Assembly (NCBI GenBank): GCA_026770705.1
Contig: JANJGN010000008.1
Location: 162,316,001-162,380,000 of the forward strand
DNA: 64,000 nucleotides
DNA from: Isurus oxyrinchus
Taxonomy: Eukaryota
Direction of reading: 5' to 3'
Position 1 is the stretch's first letter, and every line of letters starts with the position of its first letter. Below, piece by piece: positions 37,046 to 49,660 of this stretch. The notes under the pieces are model-generated. The model did not search any database and had not been told where the DNA came from. It saw nothing but the letters and a program-made list of their open reading frames with translations. A program made the translations under genes and the position numbers.

Positions 37046-37926
37046 GAATAGTCCAGTCTAGACTATTTTACAGGCGTACAAATAATCTGCTGTGTGGCTT
37101 TTCAGGACGAACAACTGTGAACATTTCTGGCTCAATTATTCCTTAATTAGTGCTGGAGCTCACAAAATCCCAGACAAAATTTTCAGATTACACCATTGCC
37201 TCCGAGGGTAGTTCTACAATAATGTCATGTGGACATGTGCCAGTTTTAACCTCATGTGGGAACTGCAACTTAATTGCTTCTTGAACCAATGCCTGCTGCT
37301 GTTCACCAGGGACACACCAGTTGGATTAGCAGCTGCGCACTGGTTAACAAAACCATTCAGGTTGCTGCTGCCCGAACTTTGTTACATGATACGAGTTAAA
37401 AGGTAATGAAAACATTCCCCCTTGAGGTGTAGGAGTCTGTCCCATACTCTGTTATACATAGTGCTGGTTGCCTGATCGGGATTACATGGTGGAAACCCAG
37501 TCCAGCTTTGTAGGTGCCTTAATGAATACTATTTCATAAGGTATTTTCATTCCCCGAAGTTTCAGTTAATGATACGATTATGCACTGTACGTACTAACGT
37601 CAAAAGAATGAAGGCAATTGTACTGCAATTTAGCAGCAGTAATAACTTAAAACCTATTATGGAGCTGCACCTACAGCATCATCCACCCAGTGTTCTTCAT
37701 GCCAGCAACCATCTCACCTGGTATTCACCTTGGCATGAAACCAGTCTGTTTCTAGGAATTTACCTGGGGAGGGCGGCGGGGCAGGGGGAGGCGGGGGGTG
37801 GGGGGGGGGGGTGGTGTACAGATACACGATACACAAAATAGCAGATGGTCTAAGGGATAAATTACAGATTCACATGAGATTCCTTAGGTATTTTGGAACC
37901 CGATCAATGTTAAGAGTTCAGGTTTG

Positions 37927-38725
37927 TTACCTTCACCACTGAAGGTTGGCGGTGATAATGTTTTCATCCTTGACAGTCTGTTTGTCTGCAAACAATATAT
38001 CTCAAAAAAATTAACGGACGGATTTCAAAGAAACTTAGCACACAGGTAAGGTATGACCCAAGGGTGAATGATTAGTTTTTGGCAAGGATGTGGATCTGGA
38101 TCCTGGGATTTTTTCAAAGGACCCACTAATATCGGGAGATAGGGTGAACTGACTTTTTTATTTAAGGATGTTGGGGGTTGTTTGATTTAGAATGTTGTTG
38201 ATTGTTTCAGAATGTTGTGGATCATCTCAGCTGCTGTGGTGGAATTTGTCACAGCTGTCAAAATGTGAACAGAGTTTTCAGGGCAGGTTGTTGGATGTTG
38301 ATTGGCCTGAAGCCTCCTCAGTGAAATAAAAGCTCCCTTTTCAGCTTTGTAATTACAGAGCAAGGAGTCTTGTGATGCAGTGGTCCTCCTCCTGGGCCAG
38401 AAGCTCCAGGTCCAAGTCCCACCTCAGGACTTAATGACCACGGAAGATACATTCAGAACGTGGCCAAACAGCCGATAAACCCCTTCAATATGCCTCATGG
38501 CAGGCGGCAAGAGCGGGGGGTCTTCTGGTCAGCGGTACTGTGAAGGCAATGGCAAACCACTGCCCTACTTTGCCAAGCATAATCACGGAGCAATCCAATG
38601 GAACTCCATGGTCACCAATGCCCTCTTAGGGCATCAATCAGGCAGGGAAAGTGCTCAGAAAGAGTGGTGTAATTGTAATAATGTTGTATAAATACAGGTT
38701 TGTGCTCTACTGAGTACCTTCTTCA
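37927..38725 (+). mobile_element. Helentron-associated (HINE/DINE-1-like) non-autonomous element, interrupted by a SINE
   Basis: 5' TTACCTTCACC..ATGTTTTCATC..GTCTGTTTGTCTG..CTCAAAAA..ACGGATTTC..GAAACTT..GGATCTGGATC; 3' AGGTTTGTGCTCTACTGAGTAC short hairpin. Architecture recalled from fish HINEs. Confidence 0.55.
38365..38650 (+). mobile_element. tRNA-derived SINE with RTE/BovB-type tail
   Basis: Head GTGATGCAGTGG..GGTCCAAGTCCCACC; tail GAAGGCAATGGCAAACCACTGCCCTACTTTGCCAAG resembles Bov-A/Sauria-SINE tails. Confidence 0.5.
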
Positions 38726-38848
38726 CTTGTTTCTAATTGATATAAGCTGAGTCGCTAAAAAACTTATTTAAACTTTGTACATTAAAAGAAAAATATTCCA
38801 TAATATCAAAATCACTGGCATGACAGGGACAAAACATAGTTTGGTTAC

Positions 38849-38863
38849 CTTTCTACCTTCAGC
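38849..38863 (-). other. Weak 15-nt microexon candidate (AEGRK)
   Basis: Minus strand: cttttttttattgattacttgctttcag|GCTGAAGGTAGAAAG|gtaacc. Confidence 0.25.
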
Positions 38864-40142
38864 CTGAAAGCAAGTAATCAATAAAAAAAAGAGTACAGGG
38901 CCTCAGTGAAATGACTCTTCCTTCTTCTCTCCACCCCCTGAAGGCACCTATTTCCTTCCTGGGTATTACAGGTGCCACACATACCCCCCAGCATCCAGAG
39001 TGGCAATTATTCATGCATGGGAGCCTTTGACAATGTCAGCAGATTGTTTGACCAAAGCGGCCATTAGAGTCAACTCAACCCTATCCTATCCTCACATATC
39101 CTTCCAACCAGCACTGCTGGATAATGATCAGGAGTAGGAATCCCTGATCCTGGGGTATTGAGACTAATGTAGCTAAGATCGGCCAGTGCCATTGATTAGG
39201 CCTGAACCCGGGACCTTTGCAGTCAGTATTTCTGGGTTACTCACATGAGTGAAGTTTCCCAGTGGTCAAGGGACATTCTTATTGTAAGAATTAATATCCT
39301 GAACTAATACCCGGTCTTCTTTTAACAAAAACTTCACGATTTAACAGTTCCCAGGCCCTGGCACAAGGAAAGCTGTTCCGATCGATTCTGCCAATCAGTT
39401 CCTGCTATCTCAGTAGCTTCTGATTTTTAAATAAATGTCCAGTCTACTTGCTGCCTGTAAATAGCTACAGCCTTGTTAATCATTAACAATTTCTTACAAC
39501 AGATGCAGAGCAGAAAGTGAAATTACATGAGCATAAACATGGATAGGTCTAGTCATTTTAGAGGGAAAGGTAATTTGAATGTTTAATACTGAAAAATAAA
39601 CACGCTTCATTTTTGACTCTGTTGCTTTCTTTTCAGCTTCCACACCAACTTGTAACACGTTCTGTGCATCAATGAGCCTGCAATTAAGACTATTTGGTAT
39701 TTAAAATAGCAGTTTTTAATTATTAAATGCCGCTCCCAATTGCATTTGGGGTCTCCTGCAATGTTGACTTCTTTGTCTCTGTTCAGTCATAATGCTCCAT
39801 TCATGGATTTCTTCCAACCTTTCTCCCACGTGTGGACTTTGATAATACTTACTCGCTGTTCTTTGCTGTATCTTCCAGCAGTGCATGTTACATGGTTGTC
39901 AAATTTAGGCGATATGCAGATAATGATAACTTCTCTGGAATTGCTGATGAACTTCGCCATTATTCCACACGTCCTGTGAAATTTATTATGTAATAAATGG
40001 GAAGAATCGTTGAAATATTCTGTGTGGCAGAAATTAAAAAATAAGAACCTGCTGTGTTTATCCAAGCACCTTCATTTTCAGCTTTTCAGTTACATCATTA
40101 AAATGGAAGCTTGTTAATTTATAAAGGGGCAGTGCTCTACAG

Positions 40143-40510
40143 AAGATCCGGAGGACATGCTACAAGGAATGTTGTGGCACCAGCCCCACAAGATTACCCA
40201 GTACAAGAAGGGAAAAGATTCCTTATACACACAGGATAAGATGCATTATGACAGAAAGCAGAGTGGCTATGGTGGACAGACAAAGCCGATATTTCGGAAA
40301 AAGGCTCAGGCCACAAAGAAGTTTGTGCCGAGCCTGGAGTGTGTGGAGCCCAACTGTCGATCGAAGAGAATGCTGGCCATCAAGAGGTGCAAGCATTTTG
40401 AACTAGGTGGAGACAAGAGGAGGAAGGGCCTAGTCATCCAGTTCAAAGCTGCATCCTTTGTGTTCTTTGGAGTGTACATTCACAATAAAATTAATTAAAG
40501 TTAAAAAAAA
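40143..40510 (+). pseudogene. RPL36A: Processed pseudogene of ribosomal protein eL42
   Basis: Intronless [69 protein letters not shown]. The N-terminus is frameshifted near 40175, the stop is mutated to AAA, with AATAAA at 40484-40489 and A8 at 40503-40510. Confidence 0.95.
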
Positions 40511-43500
40511 CCCAAATAATTACTGTTAACTTGTGAGGCATGGCAAAGATTTTCAGAGGTACTTATTTAGCAAGACTTCAATTAACATCACAAAGATCTC
40601 TTTCTTTCACTCAAGAGGCAGCCTGAGACATCAGCCATTTTTAATCAAATATCTTTTGCTTTTAACTAAGAGCCAGAGTTTATTGGGTTAATACATGCAC
40701 TGTAAGAGCTATATGACCCTCTTGAGGGACTGAAGCCCTCTCGCAATGATATCAGTGCAAAATTAGTACATATGCCAAATGGGGTTGAGGTGCTTCATGG
40801 AAAGGAAGCATGAATAGTTCTAAGATCAGAGAAAAGAGACCAGCAACAGAGTGAGTGACATACCATAGCAAAACGCATCGACAGAACCCACCTTAAACAC
40901 ACATTGCTTATCTGCCATCATGACAAACAACAAACTCAAAGTGAACAGGCAAAAAACCTTCTAGCTTCATTCATAATTTCTCCAGAGTTCTGTTGAATCT
41001 ATAAAATTGTTTTTTGGAATTGGTAAATCCTGGTGCAGAATTTTCCTACTTTCCCACAAAATTCCATACTCGATCAACACTTTTAATCCCAGAGAATGAT
41101 TGAGACTTTTATTTTGAAAGTCACACAGAGCAGGCAAAGGGGTAAGTCAAGCACAAAGGTTGATAGACCTCATGGCTATATAACGAGTGGATAATTTCAG
41201 TGCGATTAAAGCTGCTGTTTTACTACTAAGGACCACTTCATATCTGTACACAGTATTGCTCAATTGATAGATCCAAGTTTTACCTCTAGCTGCCGCTCAG
41301 CTAAACTCAAGAGTAACACAGCTCTTTGCAAATGTTTCTTTAGTTTTTTGTAAGCTTAGCTTCACACCTGTCTGGAATTATGTCATCTGTACAGTCACGG
41401 TCTCTTTCGCGAGCACAAATTAGCTTCATAGTTACTTAAAATTAATAATCTTCCAATCATCATTGGGTGTTTTTGATGCAATAATGCCAGTTACTAATCC
41501 TTCAGGGAGATAAAAATCACAGATTGGCAGCACAGAATCCACTGGGCACCATCATCAACCTTGGCCGATATTGGCAGTTGATAAAACGGGCAAAGAAAAG
41601 GAACATCATCAACACTTTCAAGCATTTCAGCTTTAAAAAAATCACAGTAGACCTACAGTGATTTCAAGGCCATAATCTATGGGGGGATCTACATAGGCAA
41701 TTGCATCTTGCCTAAGCTGCAGTCTCCTGATTGATTTGACCTGTGATGCTGTCTGAACGCCTCAATAAGGTCACGGCCTTGTAAATCACTCCCACCTATC
41801 TGTGAGTTCCATCACAGCCTCTAGCGCTTTGTGCGTTTAAGGTGAACCAAGTTACCCAGCATGATTCAAGCATGCCCCTGGAACAGAGCCTGTGATGAGA
41901 TGAACAACTACGGGCAAGTAACATAGTCCGAGAGACTGCAGAGAATCCCAAGTAAAATGCCATTTTAAATTGACCCTGAGATAGGACAAGCATTTCTCAA
42001 GGAAATAGCTTATTACTTTTAAAACATCCTTTGATTTAAAAATGCAACATTCCAACTGAATTACATTCAGAGTTTTCAAATCCACCAGTTAGTTGACCCA
42101 TATATTTTAAGTGCAATTGCTTCCCCTTCGTTTTGCTAATAATTGACCAACAGAAAAGAATAATCCTTTAAACTCACAAAACTCGATAGGCTTTTTCCTG
42201 CTCCTGTTCTGCAGGGAGGTCCGAGCATCAAGAGAGGACAATTTAGCGATTACCAACTGACCTGGGGCATTACTAACAACAGTAATTTTCTCGCTAATTG
42301 GGCACATTTCAAGACAGTAGACAGCAAAGTCAAAACTTTCTAGGGCTCGTGTTGAAAATAGTAACAAAGTAGTCTAGATTATTTGAAAACTGTTAAGCAG
42401 CCTGACTACTTTCCAAAACACGCTGCTCACATGATTACAAGGGTAGCAGCATTCTCAAGCTATCCACAACTCTTCCTATTGCCTTAATTAGTCTGTAACA
42501 TTTGACAATCTATATTTATTGCGAGCTTGTTTCTGTCATGTTGTTTAATAAATAAGGCATCTGAGGTCTAAGTGCTTCAATCACGTTTATCTACATTTAT
42601 AGAGCACCTTCGATGTCATAATATATTGCAGATGCCTAATTAGGCTGCAGTAAACCGAATTCAACTGATCCAACGTGCGGAAAAGTTGGGAATAAAACCT
42701 GTAACTGAACAAAGTTATGTATGGCGACCCTGCGCCTGTTATCCCTCACATTTCTGTAGTTTCAACTGAAGTTATAGCAGAAAACAAAGGTTATTCTATC
42801 CCCCCTTACCCCCAGCCCAACTTCCACCCCACATGTGTTGTTAGGTCTCTTGGCTCGTGCGTTTCCCGTCATAATTTTTTGCTTTAACTGCTGGGGAAGG
42901 ACCGCACAAGGATCCTGTTTGCTTTGGTGCATTTCGGGGAGTATTCCTGCACTCCCGGGAAAAAATAATTTAAATCACAGTAACAAGAAAAAGTGAAATA
43001 TTGAAGTGAAGCACATTTACAATAATACCGCCATATGGAAAGAATATGAAATATGAAAATTTTCATTTGAAGATAAAAATTAATGACAGGTATCTACCTC
43101 TTTTATATTCACTTCTCTGCTGCTTATCTCCTTTTGTAAGCCCAGATTCTTGGAGTTATAAATGTCTTTTTGCTCCTCTTCTTTCACGTCCTTACTTTCT
43201 CATTTATATTTTCGCCATTTCGGTTCCCCTCTCCAGTCATAAGAAGCTATTTGCTTGCACATGAAATGGCAGCCAGGGATTGAGTTACATGAACTTGCAT
43301 TGGTGATGCGTGGGTTAAAATCCCATCAACTCACTCTCTGGTGGCTCAAGGGTCCTCGTGCACAAACACACATCAGTGTACAGGACTCTTGCAGGTACCA
43401 AGATTCGCACAAAGGAGTGAGGTACGCACTAGATTTCAACGTGCTCCTTACTTTTGAGTTATATATACATTCTCTTCTGTAGATTGATCTAAATTCAACA

Positions 43501-43732
43501 ATGGTGTTCACAATGTCCCTTAGCTTATCTACGTAAAGGTGCCGGGCAGTGGATTCCTGGAAGCTGCTCCATATAGGAGTACAGAGCGTGTCAGTGTGGT
43601 CTGAATTCCACTCCACCCACACCCCACCCCTCAACCCCCAACCCACCTTCCAAGTACCTCCGAAGCTGCTGGTTTTGTGTTCAAGGTAGCTTCAAAGCTG
43701 ACACAAGTTATGCCAAGGTGATAAATTTACAT

Positions 43733-44605
43733 TGTTACGACCGAGATGGGAGGAATGCACTGTCTGTCTCTAGTCCCACTACTCCACGGGTCATGACATA
43801 TATTTAAATTACTTTTCCGGCTAGCTATACGGCCAAATATATGCTTTTCCTATTAAACTCAGAATGAGCACTTAATGCACAGGTTTCTTCAATAAACAAC
43901 AAAATTATTAGTTTATTGTAAAACCAGACTTGTCCAGTAGAAAGGCATAGCTTATTAACATACAGTATGAAATATGAAAGTATAATAATTACTCTAAATA
44001 CCCTAACTCTCCCACACAACTAAAAAAAATAGAGGAATTCTAAATGTCAAGATGTTAAATATCAAGGGAAGAGGATACATGGTGGTGTCCTTGAAATGGC
44101 ATCTGGGTTATGTGGTTAGTTTCTCAGCACTGGTTTGGGAAACAAACAATGACTCTTGCACTATTTTTTTAGGTGGACTTCGAGGAAAACTTGAAGTCAG
44201 TCAATTTCAGAATGAAGTCTGACTTAGGAGCAACTTCCATTTACTTTTGCTTTGGACTGGGACTGGAACTTCAGGAGTAGCTGTCTTCTTTACCCAAGCA
44301 GTTGACCCTTCTCATTTTCAAAACACAACAGCCTACCAGCTTTTAAACGCAGTTTTCCAAAGCATGGTTTTTTTTTCCCAAAACCATTAACCACCATGTG
44401 ACCCTCTTGTAAACAGTCCACTGGGATCAAGAGGTTTCGAGCTTCTTTAAAACTACTTAATTACCTTTTCTTGTAAAATGCTGCCTTTTCCAGGAACCTT
44501 GCATTAACCCTTTGTGGGTCAGTGTCTTTTAAAAACAGAAATTCTTCCAGAATGTTCTTAGTCCTTGAAGATGGACCATTTTCCGTGATTAATGCATTTA
44601 TGACA
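43733..44605 (-). mobile_element. Solo LTR (Gypsy-like)
   Basis: TGTTACGA...TTATGACA termini; 4-bp TSD ACAT at 43729-43732 and 44606-44609. Confidence 0.75.
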
Positions 44606-44960
44606 ACATGTGTGTGATATGTGCATGGTCTTCTTTAGGGAGACTGACCAACAACAGGTTCACTGCAGTTGGAATATAAAGCAACTCATAGGTATCTGAT
44701 CAAAAACAAATAAAGCATGTGCCAAAGAGCTGCTACTAATACATTTCAGAGGAACTTCATGTAAACAGGGACATATTCACACACTTGCATATTTACTGCA
44801 TTTACACCATTTCAAATGTGAAGTGAGTACAAAGCAGCAGACTCTAGCCATAGTTAGGAAGCTTGGACCATTTCTCATAGTGTTGTTGTACTGGTATGCT
44901 TGTGTGCCATTTAAAAAAAAACAAATAATAAGATTAATAGGGGTCAACATTTCTCACAAC

Positions 44961-45773
44961 TATCATGAAGAGATATTAATTTTTATGTTATTTTTAATTA
45001 TTTTTAAATTGGAATTGTAGTGGGGTCTGTGTCTGTGTGTGCCATTATTGGATCAAAGCCAGCTAGTCTGGGTGCTTTGATGTATAGTAGTTTGAGATGT
45101 TAAAGGGATAAACAGTAAGGAAGATAGAAGGTAAAATGTAAACTTACATGTGTTGAATAAAACATTCAAGAGTGGGAGTAACATCTTGCGCCTAGCTAGA
45201 AGACACCAAGCAATGTGTTTATATTATTAATAAAATTAGTGTGATAAAAACGTATTGTTAGAAGATGTGACATTAAAAGCCTAATGATATAATGGAAATT
45301 TTATATTCGAAGGGGAAGCTAGGTATAAACAGAAATGAGTTTGTGTGTGTAAGTCAGAGGCATTTAAGATCTAACCAGCCTTTAAGCCTACAACTGTGTC
45401 TGCAAAGGAACCAAACTGCAAGGAACCTCATTTTGAATTTGTAAGGTCAAATATGCTTTATCTGGTGTCTGTTTAAAGTCTATGGGTTATTGTTCCCTTG
45501 GTGAAGAATTACCTGGGAGTGATTAATTTGGGGATTGTTTAAAAGTTATTATGGTAGTAAGTTATAGACATGTGTATGTGTTTAATGTGTTGTTAAATTA
45601 ATAAATGTTTAATTTAGTTTCTTATAAAAAACCTCTTGAGGCTCAGTGGTCTTATTCCTGAATTAAGAGCTGCATCTCAAACATACCAATTGAAAATATA
45701 GCTCTTGACAGTTGTTCAAGTTTCCCTCTGGTAGTTAAACAACTCAGCCTTTACTAACTGTTGTATTATAACA
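44961..45773 (+). mobile_element. Solo LTR (Gypsy-like)
   Basis: T(A)TCATGAA...TTATAACA termini, TATAAA near 45324, AATAAA near 45600; 4-bp TSD CAAC at 44957-44960 and 45774-45777. Confidence 0.7.
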
Positions 45774-46623
45774 CAACACTATGTTGAACCATATGCCAAT
45801 GTGTGAAAGGACAGAAAACCTGAGGGAATAATAGTAACTTTGCACTTCAGAGAAAAACAAATAAATATGTGGTCTGGAAATTTTAAGTCATAGTAATTAA
45901 AATCACTTACTGGCTACAATATATAAAAACATTATTTTAGAAAAATCATTGACAAACTATTCTTATCAAATCTATGCAATACATATTCTTCATATTTTCT
46001 ACTTTTTTTTGTTTTGTCTAATTCTACATTGCCCTTTTTGATTCTCCTTCTTAACTAAGCTTTCCATTCCTCTCAAAAATCTTAGTTTTTTTCCTTATTC
46101 TGCGTTTCAGAGTCTGTTGTTTTCCACTGAACTGGAACTCAAACAGTGTGAACTTCAGCGACCAAGTGTGCAGCAAGATTCTCGATGGTCTTACTCACTG
46201 ACAAATTGGTGAGGGAAGGTAGAAATAAAATGAGCAGTGGATGGACTTAGTTAACAATGGGACAAAAAAGAAGGATATGGGTAAGAGGACTTAGTTAACC
46301 GGAACAGGGATAAGATACAATTGAAATAGTAGGAGATACAGTCAGGAGAGAGATCAGAGAGTCACCATTGAATGAGGTAAAACCCAGCAAGAATCCTGAG
46401 AACTAGAACAGACAAGCTGGGGCAGCAGGAAACATAGCCAAGAGGGCCACATATAGCCAGAAGAGCGAGCTCCATTGAGCTCATGCAGGTCCAGTGGAGC
46501 AGCATTTTGCAGAGCAAACTCAGGATGACGCTAAATGAAAGGTGTACGAGTTTGATTTCCCAAATTCTGCTCAGTTTGATCTCTCCTGTAGCGCAGTGAG
46601 ATAAATGAGATGGGACGGGTGGT

Positions 46624-46656
<33 letters not shown>

Positions 46657-47121
46657 GGGGTGGGGGGGGCGGGGTTACAACTTTAAATTTGGTTGGACAT
46701 TGGGCAGGTGTGATGTCACAGCCTGTCCAATGTCACCATTGGGATGCCCAATTGTATTGGGCGGTGATTAAAAACAACAAGCTGCCTTCGCTAAATCATT
46801 AGTGACAGACAGTTCAGCGAACTGGCTCATGGCAGGGCAAGTGAGGGGGAGGAGGTTGGAATGTGGTGGCTTCTTCGAGCTGAGCTAATAGGGACACCCT
46901 ATGGTGTTGGTGGATCAGGGGACACCAGGGAGGCGGGGACGTTTGCAGTGAACAGTCGCAGATGATACGATATTTGTTTATGTGGTTACCGCGCCCAGAA
47001 AAAGGTGAAGGGCTTAATTGTGGTTTTCTTTTGGAGTAGTCTCCAGAGGAGCCTTTAGGAACCATTGGTTGTGCCCACTGTTTGTTTAATTCCATGGGCA
47101 GGACATATGATCCACCCAGTG

Positions 47122-47278
47122 ATCGAGATAGATAGGTTCTTGATTGGTAAGGGGATCAAAGGTTACGGGGAGAAGGCGGGAGAATGGGGTCGAGAAACTT
47201 ATCAGCCATGATTGAATGGCGGAGCAGACGCGATGGGCCGAATGGCCTAATTTCCACTTATGTGTCTTATGCCTTATG
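47122..47278 (+). mobile_element. Short CR1 3' end
   Basis: GAGATAGATAGGTTCTTG..GGGCCGAATGGCCTA..TATGTGTCTTATGCCTTATG tail. Confidence 0.8.
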
Positions 47279-47879
47279 AAAAAGCGAAATCAGTGGTCCT
47301 AATTTCATCAGATATATATGTCATCAGTGCCAACCTTTCCTCTCCAACATCCTTGAATGTATTGTCACTTCCCAAAGGCGTGCTCACCTTTTCCAATTAG
47401 GTGTCTGGTCAAGTCACCATGCTGATATGGCCCTGGTCTAAACCAGGTTCCATATTTTGTGACTGTGACTAGGATAAAGTACAGGCCACCGCACCCCCCC
47501 CCCCCAACCCACCACCACCACCCCCCCCCCCCCCACCCCCGCCCCGCCACATCGCTCCCCTCCTTCTTGACAGGTTTTCCACACAGTTGGGACCACCCCA
47601 TCTTACATCGTTGCCTCTTCCCCTGCCGTCCGGCTGGCTGGGGCTGCAGTCACGTGGGCCAGGTTCTTACTGTCCCTCCTGCCTGGCGGCGTATTTATGG
47701 TCCTGCCAAACTCAATGGAGTTTTAAATGGCTCCGGAGGCGGTGGGGGTGGGGAGAGAGACACGTCACACCGGGGATGTAAAATCCAGGCCGTGATTCCG
47801 TTCTCATCTATCTAATTGCGGCCAGAGGGTCGCATTCTTTGAAAACACGAGGGGTGGGGGGGGTGGGGGGTTTCAGTCA

Positions 47880-48453
47880 CTGTGCAGGGTTGGGCCTGAC
47901 ACGCTGAGGTATAAATTGACGCACGGTGATGTTGGACGTGTGTACCGAGGTCATCGCGCAGTCCCGCGGCATTTCGTTCAGCGGGTATGCGCTGGAGTCG
48001 GCTGCGCGCCCGCCGAAATGTAAACAGCCTATCAGGGCCGTGAACAAAGTAAAGATTGTAATTGTTAGCGCTGCCCGTCCAACCTTAAGGTTGGCAAAAA
48101 GGCCAAGCGGCCTCTGCACGAGCGGGATGAGGTTTCCTCAGGCCTTTATTAAATAAATAAAACTTTTTCCCGAAATATAAAAACACGTCCTCTCTCATGT
48201 GACACCGCCACGTGAGGGGGACATGTTTAAGTACATTTTTTACATCATTTATTTAATTATTTTAATATCGACTCAATCTCCCTGAGGCAGCTCTTTCTGC
48301 CTCTTCCCCCCTGCCCGCTGAGCGCTATGGCACGCGTATCACGCCGGGCGGGCCTTAATTGGCCTGACCGCGTAAAATGGCGTGACCGAGCCGATCGCGG
48401 GCGGCGATTGGCTCCACGAGCGCTCTCGCCCGCTGACTGGAAAATTCAGGGCC
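47880..48453 (+). mobile_element. Multi-hairpin GC-rich MITE, copy 2
   Basis: Shares AACCTTAAGGTT, GATGAGGTTTC and GGCGGGCCTTAATTGGCC with copy 1; ends AAAATTCAGGGCC. Confidence 0.75.
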
Positions 48454-49099
48454 ATGAGAGGCTGCCAACAAACACTCAGCTCTCTTAAATGCACTGGATA
48501 AATATAATTTGCCGTTGCGATATTAAGTGAGGTATCCACCTCTATCAGGCAGGAACACAAGCTACCTATTACCAATCCCCCACCCACTCCAAAACTGCAG
48601 CAGGTATGAAGACAGCGGGAAGTTTTGTGTGTCCCCCCCACCCCCCCACCCCTGCAATTTTTCTCTTACTAATGCCTGGTTGCCAGACGGAATGGAACAG
48701 AAGCGAGACAGAAAAAAAACAGCCGTAGGAAGTTACCAAGGAGCCATGGTTATGTTACAGGGAGGGAGGAGTGCGTAACACCAGCATGGAGCTGTTGGGC
48801 TGAGTGGCCAGCTTCCTGGTGTTAGAGATATAGTATCCTGGAAGCAGGCGGGGATTGGAAGCTCTCTGTGAAGGGGAAAAGAAATTAGAAAGAGAGAGTG
48901 AAGAAAAATGTACTCTCAAGCAATGATAAAACAAAAATAAGAGATTCAGACCAGGAACAAAACTACTGGAAAAGCAGGAGATACAGTCAGGACATGAGGC
49001 ACCTGGGTCAGCACAGGATGACAATCAGAAAGTTGGGTCAGAATGAGGTAAGGTTACTGGAGAAATTGGAGGGAAAAAATGTCACAGGCATTTGACAGA

Positions 49100-49660
49100 T
49101 TGAATCGCAGAATGGTTACAGCACAGAAGAAGGCTATTTGGCGCTCATATCTGGTGCTGGCTCATTGTAGTAACAAGTCAGCTACGCCCACTCTCCACTC
49201 TCTAGCCCTGCCAAAGTTTTACTTTCAGATAATTATCCTTTTGAAAGCCACAATTGAATCTGCCTCCATCACACTCTCAGGCAGTGCATTCCAGATCCTA
49301 ACCGCTTTCTGCATAAAAAAAGTTTTCCCTCACATCACCTCAGGCAGTTCACCTTAAATTGGTGCACTCTGGTTCTCAATCCTTCTGCTAATGGGAGCAG
49401 TTTCTCTGTCCAGACTCCTCATGATCTTGAAAACCTCTTATCAAGTGTCCATTCAACCATCTCTTCTCCAAGGAGAACAGCCCCAGCTTCTCCAATCTAC
49501 CTGTAACTGAAGTCTCTTATCCCTGGAACCATTCTTGTAAATCCTTTCTGCACCCTCACTAAAATCTTGCCTCTTGCCTAAAGCTTAGTGCCCAGAATTG
49601 GACACAATGCTCCAGTTGACATTGAACCAGTGCTTTTTTAAAGGCTCACCATAACTTTAT
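49100..49660 (-). mobile_element. CR1 3' fragment
   Basis: rc motifs CTTCTCCAAGGAGAACAGCCCCAGCTTCTCC and GTGCCCAGAATTGGACACAAT. Confidence 0.75.

Noticed and set aside
40157-40498. Functional RPL36A gene
   Set aside because: The native start is lost, the N-terminus is frameshifted, conserved residues are substituted, the stop is read through and there are no introns.
46618-46675. Poly-G runs as functional G-quadruplexes (also 10695, 37770, 59490, 63010)
   Set aside because: Homopolymer expansions, mostly inside repeats, and prone to sequencing error.
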